Shown: positions 22,288-31,533 of the stretch, in pieces
How the letters are laid out: each line of letters begins with the position of its first letter
Numbering within the stretch: position 1 is the stretch's first letter
From: Calditrichia bacterium
Lineage (GTDB): Bacteria > Calditrichota > Calditrichia > JAJRVZ01
Direction of reading: 5' to 3'
DNA length: 64,000 nt
Assembly: GCA_963796965.1 (NCBI GenBank)
Contig: CAWCNS010000005.1
Span: 128,001-192,000 of the forward strand
Notes under the pieces: generated by a model
What the model was told of the DNA's origin: nothing
What the model saw: the letters and a program-made list of their open reading frames with translations, nothing else
Database searches by the model: none
Made by a program: the position numbers and the translations under genes

Positions 22288-23615
22288 ATGACTACAAATT
22301 TAAACCATGTCGCAGAAGAAATTATCGATGGCTGCAATTAAGGCTGTCGATCCATACATATTAATACAAGAACAGGTTAAAAAAGATGGAAGCATTCTCC
22401 AATTTCCAGGTCTTGAACCGATAGATCTGAAAAATTTCGATCGTGTCTTTATTTGTGGGGCTGGAAAAGGAACCGCACCAATGGCCAGGGCAATGGAAGA
22501 ATTAACTTCTGGCATTCTGACAGGTGGTGATATTATTGTCAAATATGATCATCTGGACAAACTTAATATGATCGATCTGCATGAGGCTGGTCATCCAGTA
22601 CTTGATGAGAATACCCTTATTGGGACGGAAGTCCTTCTGAAAAATCTTGATAATCTGACAGAACGGGATTGTGTATTTGTTTTGCTCACTGGTGGTGGTT
22701 CGGCTTTGTTGGAAAGTTTACCTGAGGGAATTGGACTATCTGATTTCCAAATGCTGAGTTCTGTATTATTGCAATCTGGTGCGACAATTCATGAAATTAA
22801 TTGTATAAGAAAACATATTTCAAAAATTAAAGGTGGCCAATTAGCGCAGAAAAATATATCCTGCACAATGTATCACTCTTGCTCTTTCCGATGTGATCGG
22901 CGATGATTTATCTGTGATTGCGTCAGGCCCGACAAGTCCGGATCCTTCTACATTTGGTATGGCAATTTCGGTACTCGAAAAATATCAAATTAAAAATAAG
23001 ATCCCTTCTGTCATTCTCGATTATCTTGAGGAGGGAAATGAAGGAATAATTCCGGAAACGCCAAAATATGATGATTTGATATTTAATTCAGTTTCTAATA
23101 TTGTTATAGGAAATAACCGTCTGGCATTGGAGAGAGCGCAAGTAATCGCACAATCACATGGTTTTAATACGCTTATCCTGACAACAATGTTGGAAGGAGA
23201 AGCCAGAGAAGTGGGCAAATTTGTGACATCGATTATTAAGGAAATACAATTAAACGATTTACCGTTACAAAAACCAGCATGTCTTTTACTTGGTGGAGAG
23301 CCAACAGTTCAAATTAAAGGTGAGGGAAAAGGTGGTAGAAATCAAGAGTTGGCTCTGGCCGTGGCTCTAACTGCCATAAATCAGCCTTTTACCTTTGTCA
23401 GCTGCGGATCGGACGGGACGGATGGTCCCACTGATGCGGCCGGAGCGATTGTTGATCAAACGACATTAAAGAGGGCAGAAGAAGCCGGGTTATCAGCGTC
23501 TGGATTCCTGTCAAACAATGATTCATACCATTTTTTTGAGGCAATGGGTGATCTGATCAAAACAGGTCCTACTGGTACAAATGTGATGGATGTTGTTTTC
23601 GCATTGATTCCTTGA
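22288..23615 (+). CDS. MOFRL-family (class II) glycerate kinase; indels near 22330 and 22860
   Basis: GAGKG, EAGHP, LLTGGGSAL, IRKHISKIKGG, SDVIGDDLSVIASGPT, GGEPTV, GGRNQEL, DGTDG, TGTNVMD. Confidence 0.88.
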
Positions 23616-23786
23616 TTCTGGATTCTCGGTGCTCGATTCTGGGCTATCGATGATGTTATATGTTATTTACAGAAAAAGAATACTAAGTTCCTGGTAAATA
23701 ATCAAAATATTACTTGGCAAGAAAAGGAGAACCGCAAAAATTTTCCCGTATCCCGTATCCCGTAACCCGTATCCAGTATCGGTATC
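23614..23786. repeat. Dispersed ~170-190 bp element, copy 1 (heptamer arms around a conserved core)
   Basis: GATNCT(G/C) x4 arm; core ATCGATGATGTTATA...CAGAAAAAGAATACTAAGTTCCTGGT...AAAAGGAGAACCG; CCCGTAT-type arm x4 plus CCAGTAT; closely similar to 38728-38916. Confidence 0.85.
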
Positions 23787-23797
23787 GAGAGTTATTT

Positions 23798-23823
23798 TGT
23801 AACTATTTTTTTTTACTATCATC
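23798..23823 (+). promoter_or_regulatory. Putative autoregulatory ECF sigma promoter
   Basis: TGTAAC(23798)-N16-CATC(23820) directly upstream of the ECF gene; fits the generic AAC-N16/17-CGTC ECF pattern. Confidence 0.4.
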
Positions 23824-23841
23824 AGAAAGGTATAGAGAGAA

Positions 23842-24405
23842 TTGACAGAAAATGATCTAATAAAACAAGCAAAACTTGGTGACAAGAGTGCCCTGGCGAA
23901 ACTTGTATCTGCATATAGCGAGAAGATATACAATTTAGCCTTAAGAATAGTGAGAAATAAGGAGGATGCTGAGGATGTTTTGCAAGAAACTTTTCTTCAG
24001 GTGCTTCGAAAATTAGATACCTTTGATGAGCGCTCAACTTTTTTTACCTGGATTTATCGGATTGCGACGAATAACAGTTTGATGAAGTTAAGAAAGAAGA
24101 AACAAATTTTTGCCGATCTTCATGATAAACCGGATTTGGAAGATCAATTATTTGTGGATTGGTCCCAGGATCCTTCTTTGGATGTACAAAATGAAGAGAT
24201 AAAAAAAATCCTGGATGAGGCCATAGGCGAACTATCCGATATATATAGAAGTGTTTTCATATTAAGGGATATAGAGCATCTCTCAATTAGGGAAACCAGT
24301 AATATTCTTAATATCTCGGAAGAAAATGTTAAGATTCGTTTAAGAAGAGCACGATTGTTTTTGCGTGATAAAATTTCACAACAATATCAAGAGAGGGTGG
24401 TTTAA
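23842..24405 (+). CDS. ECF-subfamily RNA polymerase sigma factor
   Basis: DAEDVLQETF, FTWIYRIATN, YRSVFILRDIEHLS, NVKIRLRRAR. Confidence 0.93.
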   Translation: MTENDLIKQAKLGDKSALAKLVSAYSEKIYNLALRIVRNKEDAEDVLQETFLQVLRKLDTFDERSTFFTWIYRIATNNSLMKLRKKKQIFADLHDKPDLEDQLFVDWSQDPSLDVQNEEIKKILDEAIGELSDIYRSVFILRDIEHLSIRETSNILNISEENVKIRLRRARLFLRDKISQQYQERVV

Positions 24406-24406
24406 T

Positions 24407-24652
24407 ATGAAATCACCAAAGCATCAAAATGTTTATGAACAAATCTGTGATTTTATGGGAGAAGATTTGGATGCCCCGGCCTGTAAAGAGGTTGCCGATC
24501 ATCTGGAAAGCTGTCCGAAATGTAAAGTCTATTTTGATCAGGTAAAGAAGACCGTTACTCTTTGCAGAGACATTGATAAGGACAAACAAGTCCCTGTGGA
24601 CGTGACGGACCGTCTTTTTAAAGTACTTAATTTAAATGAACTTGAATCCTAA
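24407..24652 (+). CDS. Soluble zinc-binding anti-sigma factor (zf-HC2/ZAS)
   Basis: HLESCPKC (HxxxCxxC) directly after the ECF gene; extra Cys residues; no TM helix. Confidence 0.85.
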   Translation: MKSPKHQNVYEQICDFMGEDLDAPACKEVADHLESCPKCKVYFDQVKKTVTLCRDIDKDKQVPVDVTDRLFKVLNLNELES

Positions 24653-25151
24653 ATGATGTGACTATAATATAATTTATTCCCTCTTCGAATATGACATTAT
24701 GGAAACAATTCACCTCCATTCTACCATACCCTATCGTCTGCCTTTTATTTAATAAATATATTTTCAGCACCTTGTCATCCTTATTTTATTATTGATACCC
24801 CTCTTTTCTATCCTGCGTAGTTCATTTCTTACAATGAGATATTGAAATCACTGCAAAGCAGAGGAGCAAAAATACATCCTATCAGAGACTATTGTTTATG
24901 AACAGTTATTGTATACTTCTTCTATTTAATTCTGTAATATTTTTTGTTTATTCTTAGGATATAACAAACTGGCCTTAAAAATTTGTGAAGTGATCTGGCA
25001 ATTTTGATTATCCGGGAACAAAAATGTTCTTCCAAATGTATCTTTATTGGAGGAGCTGCATCGAAGAAGTTATAAAATAGAATTATAATAATGAGATAAA
25101 TTACTTTATAAAGAAAATTATTTATAATAGATTAAACAAGAAGGAGATTAT

Positions 25152-25490
25152 ATGAGTTCTCTGCATATCAATGATCTTAATTTTAGCAAGGAAGTACTTG
25201 AGTCCCCGGTTCCAGTTTTGGTTGATTTTTGGGCGCCATGGTGTGCACCTTGTCGCATGATAGCGCCTGTAATCGAGGAAATCGCAACAGAATACAGCGG
25301 AAAGATTAAAATAGCCAAGGTGAATACCGATGAAAGCCAGGTGGCAATGCAATATGGAATAAGAAGTATTCCCACGATGTTGTTATTTAAAGAAGGTAAA
25401 GTTGTTGATCAAATAGTTGGAGCAGTACCAAAGAGTATGATAACATCCAAACTTGACTATTATGCCCAAGGCGTTGGTCAATTAAACTAA
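25152..25490 (+). CDS. trxA: Thioredoxin
   Basis: [29 protein letters not shown] Shine-Dalgarno. Confidence 0.95.
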   Translation: MSSLHINDLNFSKEVLESPVPVLVDFWAPWCAPCRMIAPVIEEIATEYSGKIKIAKVNTDESQVAMQYGIRSIPTMLLFKEGKVVDQIVGAVPKSMITSKLDYYAQGVGQLN

Positions 25491-25501
25491 AGAGGTTATA
25501 A

Positions 25502-26143
25502 TTGTCTATTCTCAAGTCATCAGAACATGCGTATATTAAGGGAGTCTTTGATTTTGTTGAAAATGAAGTAAAGATCACTCTTTTTACTCAGCAGCCTGAA
25601 AGCCAAGCGAGCCGTGAAACACGGGAAATATTAGAAGAATTATCATCGCTATCAGACAAGATTAATTTACGGGTCTTGAATTTTGAATCCCATAAGGAAG
25701 AAGCCACTATTTATGACATAACTAAACTTCCGGGGATGGTTATCGAGGGGAAAAAAGATTTTGGTATTCGTTATTTTGGGGCACCCTCCGGATATTTGGT
25801 TTCATCAGTTGTCGAGGATGTCGTGCAGTTGTCAAAAGAACTTTCTGAACTGAAGGAAGAGACAAAAAACAAATTGAGAGACGTGAACGCACCACTCAAT
25901 CTTCAGGTTTTTACATCAGCGACGTCTCCTTATTGCCCTGCACTGGTTAATTTGTCGCATAAGCTGGCCATGGAAAATGATAATATAACGGCTCACATGA
26001 TAGATATAAAGGAGTTTCCGCACTTGTCAATGCGTTATAACATTACGGATGTCCCATCGACTGTAGTCAACAATTCTGTGACGGTGGAGGGAGCCCTGGA
26101 TGAAAAGGATTTTGTGGATAAAATAATCGAAGCATTAAAATAA
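25502..26143 (+). CDS. Protein-disulfide-oxidoreductase-like double thioredoxin-fold protein (PDO/AhpF-NTD type) with degenerate active sites
   Basis: Architecture matches PDO (GIRYFGAPSGY, EFPHLSMRYNITDVP, EGALDE); the two CxxC positions read SQAS and SPYC. Confidence 0.8.
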   Translation: MSILKSSEHAYIKGVFDFVENEVKITLFTQQPESQASRETREILEELSSLSDKINLRVLNFESHKEEATIYDITKLPGMVIEGKKDFGIRYFGAPSGYLVSSVVEDVVQLSKELSELKEETKNKLRDVNAPLNLQVFTSATSPYCPALVNLSHKLAMENDNITAHMIDIKEFPHLSMRYNITDVPSTVVNNSVTVEGALDEKDFVDKIIEALK

Positions 26144-26170
26144 ATATAAATATAAATATATGAATATGAG

Positions 26171-26726
26171 GTGAATGATATGACAGGAAGAACAAAAGTT
26201 GCAGTTATTGTCTCTATTTTGCTTGTAGCTGCTTTGGGTTATGCGTTTCTGGGCGAAAAAGAGGCTAAAGTGACAGTGACTCAGAAACAGGACAAAAAGA
26301 AACAGGATGAACCTAAAAAATATGAAGCGCCGGATTTTACCTTAAAGAACCTTGATGGAAAAGAAGTAAAATTAAGTGAATATCAAGGAAAAGTCATCTT
26401 TGTTAATTTTTGGGCAACGTGGTGTGGTCCATGTCGTCATGAAGTACCGGCTTTTATTGAATTACAGGATCAATATAAAGACGATTTGGTGATTTTGGGT
26501 ATAAGTCTGGATCAGGGCGATTTATCTGTGGTCCCAAGCTTTTGCAGAAGAGTATTCAATCAATTATGAGATATTATATGGTTCACAAGAGGTTGTATCG
26601 GCTTATGGGGGGATCAGCGCAATACCTACCACGTTTGTAGTGGATAAAGAGGGATTTCTCCGCGATATGAAGAGAGGATTTCCTGGAAAAGAATATTTTG
26701 AAAACGCTATTGCATCTCTGAAGTAA
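26171..26726 (+). CDS. TlpA/ResA-like membrane-anchored thiol-disulfide oxidoreductase (indel near 26540)
   Basis: TM anchor, APDFTLKNLDG, VNFWATWCGPC; other frame continues ...YGGISAIPTTFVVDKEG...SLK*. Confidence 0.88.
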
Positions 26727-26746
26727 GTAACACGTCTTTAATGATT

Positions 26747-26782
26747 AAAGGGTGTATATCGCTTGGTATCCACCCTTTTTTT
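26747..26782 (+). terminator. Intrinsic terminator of the thioredoxin operon
   Basis: AAAGGGTG...CACCCTTT followed by a T-tract. Confidence 0.7.
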
Positions 26783-27205
26783 ATTTTCACTTTATTCATC
26801 TCTGTTCTCAACTAAGTGTAGAATTCCATTCTTTTTAACTTTTACAACCTTCTAAAAATACTTTTATAAATGGACGTTCCGAAACAGTCGGGAAACATTA
26901 CTATCACCGACTTAACATTTTATAGAGCTTCTATTATTAATCTCTATGGATTTACGTCTCTGAGGGAAAAAGACCCAGGTTTATAAACTGGAAATGAAAT
27001 AGAAACTTTTTTAGTTGTAAGTGGTGTTTTTGGAAATAATGTAACCTGATTTAAGAGCGGGCACTAAATAAATCACAATTAAATACTTATAGTGACTCAA
27101 AAATTCTCAGAATATTTCCAGGTTTCAAGAATTCAATTAAGTTTTTCAAAAGAATTTTCCGTGAGAATCTTAAATCATTAAATACTCAATAGATCGTCCC
27201 TAAAA

Positions 27206-28819
27206 ATGACACAAAAATACGAAGTTTTCGAACGTTTAACTTTTCAAGTAAATGCCTTCCAGGAAGGCTTTGAAATTCTATCCAAGTCTAAAACACTGCA
27301 ATCTCTTGGTAAAAACTTCTGCCATATTCTCCGTGGATCTCTGATGGTATCCTATGCAAATTTATATTATAAAGAACAGGAATTCAGCGAGTTTTCAGTT
27401 GTGCATGAGCAGAAAAAGTCTGCTAGACCCGATCTCTCACTATATAAATTAGAAGAATCGTTTAAATACCACCTCTTGGATGGTGGAAACTCAATCCTTG
27501 CCTATATACCCCGAAAAAATAATTCCGGTTTTATAATTCAAGTTGGACCTGGGTTGACAGGGGAGAGCTTTACTGAATATGAGATGATGTCGTTGCAGCT
27601 TTTTGTGCAGCTGTTAGATAATGCCTGTCAAACCTTATCTCTAAGAGATTCAGAGAAAGAACTGATATTTTCACTAAATCATCGTATTCTTCAGATGAAT
27701 AATCTAATCGATACAGGTATTGAACTTTCGAAATGTTACAATATAAAAGAAGTTCAGGCCTTAATTCTATCACGGGCAGTAAGTATTACCAACGCCGCCA
27801 GAGGTTGTCTATCGATAAAAAAAGGGAATAAGGTTATGGACCGGTTGTATTTTCCAGCTATGGATGAGAGCCGGCCGAATAAACGAATAAAAACACATTC
27901 AGTAAAACTTGAGGGTTCGTTTAAGTTTCAGGGAAAAAAATATATTGTTGAGCTATACGAAAAGGAAAGCCGGAAGGGCGAGGCTTTTTTTGACGATACT
28001 GATCAACTACTTCTCGATTCGCTAATCAGGCAAACCAATGCTGCTCTTGAAAGTGAATATTTACAGAAACAAGCATTAGAAATGGAGAAAGTCAAGCGAG
28101 AGTTAGCAATAGCAGCAACTATTCAGCAACGAATTTTGCCCGAGAGTTTGGAGCAGATTGAGGGCTATGATCTGTCCGGCATTAATATCCCTGCCATTGA
28201 AGTCTGTGGAGATTATTACGATACAATGCAGATCGCGGAAAATAAGTATGCTTTGATTATGGCTGATGTTTCCGGAAAGGGCATTCCCGCAGCCTTGTTG
28301 GTTAGCTCGTTACAAGCCTCTTTACGTGTTTATTTAGAGGGAGGAATAGAACTGCCAATCCTCGCTGAGAAATTAAACAAATTAATTTATAACTCAACAA
28401 CTGCGGAAAAATACCTTACCATGTGTATCTGCTATTTAGATGCAGAAACTGGTGAAATCGAAGCTGTAAATGCCGGACATAATCCACCGCTGATTGTAAG
28501 AAATAACAATATATTGGAAAAGATTGATGCTGGTGGAATCCCTATTGGGATGGCTGATTTGGGGTTAACTTATACTAAAAAAAGTTTAAGATTAGAAAAA
28601 GGTGAAAGTTTACTACTCTTTACTGACGGTATAACTGAGGCAATGGACAATAGGGAAGAAATGTTTGAGGATGAACGACTCGAATCCTTTTTTATCGAAA
28701 ATAGTTCTAAAACGGCAAACGATTTTGTTAATGATCTCATACGTAACGTAAATGAATTTGTAGGCCGTGCGCCACAGAGTGATGATATTACAGTGTTGTA
28801 TATCAAAAGAAATGCATAA
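27206..28819 (+). CDS. RsbU/SpoIIE-family PP2C phosphatase with N-terminal GAF-like regions
   Basis: GDYYD, ADVSGKGIPAAL, NAGHNPP, FTDGITEA, QSDDIT. Confidence 0.9.
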   Translation: MTQKYEVFERLTFQVNAFQEGFEILSKSKTLQSLGKNFCHILRGSLMVSYANLYYKEQEFSEFSVVHEQKKSARPDLSLYKLEESFKYHLLDGGNSILAYIPRKNNSGFIIQVGPGLTGESFTEYEMMSLQLFVQLLDNACQTLSLRDSEKELIFSLNHRILQMNNLIDTGIELSKCYNIKEVQALILSRAVSITNAARGCLSIKKGNKVMDRLYFPAMDESRPNKRIKTHSVKLEGSFKFQGKKYIVELYEKESRKGEAFFDDTDQLLLDSLIRQTNAALESEYLQKQALEMEKVKRELAIAATIQQRILPESLEQIEGYDLSGINIPAIEVCGDYYDTMQIAENKYALIMADVSGKGIPAALLVSSLQASLRVYLEGGIELPILAEKLNKLIYNSTTAEKYLTMCICYLDAETGEIEAVNAGHNPPLIVRNNNILEKIDAGGIPIGMADLGLTYTKKSLRLEKGESLLLFTDGITEAMDNREEMFEDERLESFFIENSSKTANDFVNDLIRNVNEFVGRAPQSDDITVLYIKRNA

Positions 28820-28954
28820 TAATGGCATAAACCGCCAATTCTTAAGATTAATTAGTAACATATGACATAACTTGTTTATTATAAATTAGTTTTTGAACCC
28901 AGATAAATTTTTATTATTTTACGATATTCACTTGATATTAAGAGGGAGATATGT

Positions 28955-29374
28955 ATGGTTAAGGATCTACCCCCCGCAATTGAACTTGTTATACCGATGC
29001 TTCCAAATATGGAATTAGCGGCTACAAAGACGGCCCAGGCAGTTGGGGACTATTTAGAATTGGGTGAAGAACAAACGGCAGAAGTGACGATGGCCCTCAT
29101 CGAGGCGTGTATTAATGCGTTCGAACATGGAAAGAATAAAGACAATAATATTCATATTCGATTTATTCTAAAGGAAGATGCCCTTGTTATTGAAATAAGG
29201 GATAAGGGGAGGGGATTTGATATCAGCAAGGTAGAGATGCCCGAAATAGCAAAAAAACTTCACAGTGATCGAAAACGTGGGTGGGGCTTACAATTAATGA
29301 AGGAACTTATGGATGATGTACAAATTGAGTCCAGTGAAGAGGGCACCGTAATCACCATGATAAAAAAGCGCTGA
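28955..29374 (+). CDS. RsbW-like anti-sigma factor / Ser kinase
   Basis: EACINAFEHG, DKGRGFD, RGWGLQLMKELMD. Confidence 0.88.
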   Translation: MVKDLPPAIELVIPMLPNMELAATKTAQAVGDYLELGEEQTAEVTMALIEACINAFEHGKNKDNNIHIRFILKEDALVIEIRDKGRGFDISKVEMPEIAKKLHSDRKRGWGLQLMKELMDDVQIESSEEGTVITMIKKR

Positions 29375-29392
29375 GAAAAGAAGGGAATTGAA

Positions 29393-29749
29393 ATGAGCGA
29401 AGAAAAATTTAATCTAACTTTAGAAGAACATAGTGACATAATTATTTTGCGCACTGAGGGTTATATTAATAATGTTGGTGGTGAGAAAATTGCAGAGACC
29501 TGTTATGAAAAACTAGAAGGAGGTTTTAAAAAATTTTTATTGGATATGGAAAAATCCAGTATTGTTAACAGTATTGGGGTTTCTATCATTATAGAAATTA
29601 TTGAAAAACTTCAGGAAGTTGATGGTCACATTGGTTATTTTAACCTCGCACCAATTGTCGCTAAAACTTTTAAAATCATGGGGTTGGTCGAATACTCGAC
29701 CATATATGAATCCGAGGAAGAGGCTTTAAAAGAAATGGAAACTAAATAA
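29393..29749 (+). CDS. RsbV-like STAS anti-anti-sigma factor
   Basis: STAS pattern LDMEKSSIVNSIG (phospho-acceptor Ser retained), FKIMGL, IYESEEEAL. Confidence 0.88.
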   Translation: MSEEKFNLTLEEHSDIIILRTEGYINNVGGEKIAETCYEKLEGGFKKFLLDMEKSSIVNSIGVSIIIEIIEKLQEVDGHIGYFNLAPIVAKTFKIMGLVEYSTIYESEEEALKEMETK

Positions 29750-29896
29750 GTCAGGGCTGTTTTGTCACAATATTGAATAACAATTAAGGGCCTTGTGATC
29801 TTTGGTATAAATTCTATCCTTACCGAATCAGAGAATTCGGGAAAGTCCGGGGGAAAGGAAAAGAACTTTGCCAGATATATACAGATGAGGAAAAAA

Positions 29897-30382
29897 ATGC
29901 AAGATGAACAACTCATTAAAGAATTTCACCGGACAAACGTTATTATTTGGATCGGTATTATTGTTACCGTAGTCGTCTTGGGTATCATCATTTTTATCAT
30001 TGATGATATGAACATATTTCAGCCTATCAGTAATGCGGCTCAGATCAATCAGATTATTTTTTTTATAGCTGTTGTTATTGCCTTCGCCATCCTCTTTCTT
30101 AAACGATCCTTCTTTTTACCAGAAAAAATAATAAGCAAAATACCTGAGAAACCAATTCCGGAAAAGATTAATCTATGCCTGGTACAAATCAGAAAGAACT
30201 ATATTATAGTGTGGGGCCTGGGAGAGGCCATCGTTGTTCTGGGATTTGTTAATTATATTCTTACAGTAGATTTTCAGTATTTCCTGGTTTTTTCAATAGT
30301 AGGTGTGTATTCAATATTGATTAACATTCCTAGAATAGTATTGGCTACAAATTGCGTGGAGCGAATCAGAGAAGCTAATTAA
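29897..30382 (+). CDS. Hypothetical membrane protein (about 4 TM helices)
   Basis: Four hydrophobic stretches; GAGG SD before ATG at 29897. Confidence 0.7.
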   Translation: MQDEQLIKEFHRTNVIIWIGIIVTVVVLGIIIFIIDDMNIFQPISNAAQINQIIFFIAVVIAFAILFLKRSFFLPEKIISKIPEKPIPEKINLCLVQIRKNYIIVWGLGEAIVVLGFVNYILTVDFQYFLVFSIVGVYSILINIPRIVLATNCVERIREAN

Positions 30383-30445
30383 AAATCAATTTCTTCCGAT
30401 ACCTATATATAAGAGCAATACTTTACCCAATTACGAAAATGTATC

Positions 30446-31417
30446 ATGGAAGAAATTTTTCAGGTAAAAAATGGATCCATATATATTCCAAACTTGGATC
30501 TTTACCTCGATTCCCAAAAAAAACGAGCTAACGGTTTTATTTCCCACGGTCATGCCGATCATATTGCGCGGCACCAACGTATTATTTGTACACCGGAAAC
30601 TGCCAGAATATTATCCCTTCGTCTTAAAAATCCAAATTGTGAAACATTGCCATTCTTTCGAAAGAAAAAGATGAGTGATGGGGCCATTACGCTCTATCCC
30701 GCTGGCCATATTCTCGGATCTGCACAATTCTATTATGAATCCTCTATGGGTTCCATGTTATATACAGGAGACTTCCGCACGAGGTCAGCCCGCACAGCAG
30801 AAGCGTTTAAATATCAATTATGTGATGTACTCATTATGGAAACGTCTTTTGGAAATCCTAAATATATTTTCCCTCCGCGTAAAGATATAGAAAAAGAATT
30901 ACTAATGATTCTCGGAAATAAGTTGAAAGAGGGTGTTACTCCTGTTGTGTTTGCGTATCCGCTTGGTAAGGCGCAAGAGGTGTTACATCTCTTAGGTCAT
31001 TCCAATCTGCCAGTGGCGGTACATTATTCAATATTAAGGTATGTCTATGCATATGAAAAGCTGGGAATAAAGTTTGGAACCTATGAGAAATTTAAAAAGA
31101 GTGATTACAAAGAAAAAGTGCTACTTCTTCCAGCTATGTTTCGAACGAACAGATATATGGAGTCGATAAGAGACAAGTATACCATATATCTTTCCGGATG
31201 GGGCATGGATAATTATGCTCCCTTTCACTTTGGTGTTGATAAAGTACTTCCCTATAGCGATCATGCAGATTTTGAAGAGCTTCTAACCTTTGTAGACCGT
31301 GTCAAACCTCAAATTATTTACTGTACCCATGGGTTTAATGGTTTTGTAGATATTCTTCGGGATAGGGGATATAAATCAAAACTTCTAAATGAATCAGAAC
31401 AACATGATCTCTTTTGA
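30446..31417 (+). CDS. MBL-fold beta-CASP nuclease (ligase-associated DNA-damage exonuclease-like)
   Basis: SHGHADH, PAGHILGSAQ, YTGDF, METSFG, YPLGKAQE, SGW, YSDHADF, THG. Confidence 0.85.
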   Translation: MEEIFQVKNGSIYIPNLDLYLDSQKKRANGFISHGHADHIARHQRIICTPETARILSLRLKNPNCETLPFFRKKKMSDGAITLYPAGHILGSAQFYYESSMGSMLYTGDFRTRSARTAEAFKYQLCDVLIMETSFGNPKYIFPPRKDIEKELLMILGNKLKEGVTPVVFAYPLGKAQEVLHLLGHSNLPVAVHYSILRYVYAYEKLGIKFGTYEKFKKSDYKEKVLLLPAMFRTNRYMESIRDKYTIYLSGWGMDNYAPFHFGVDKVLPYSDHADFEELLTFVDRVKPQIIYCTHGFNGFVDILRDRGYKSKLLNESEQHDLF

Positions 31418-31533
31418 TAAGCATACATAATGGATAAAAGATCTTCTAAGAATTCTTTCTAAGAACCATTTTCTAATTACAAATTACCAATTTACATCTT
31501 TCATCTTTCCCCTTAAATCTTTAATCTTACCGC

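Noticed and set aside
25152..26726. Selenocysteine read-through in the redox genes
   Set aside because: No in-frame TGA at catalytic positions; the substitutions are Ser codons and the tlpA break is an indel.
26880..27000. Possible ribozyme or riboswitch (AGTCGG/CCGACT, GTCT/AGAC, CCAG/CTGG stems)
   Set aside because: Stems are short, and no hammerhead CUGANGA/GAAA core in the proper arrangement or other known consensus was found.
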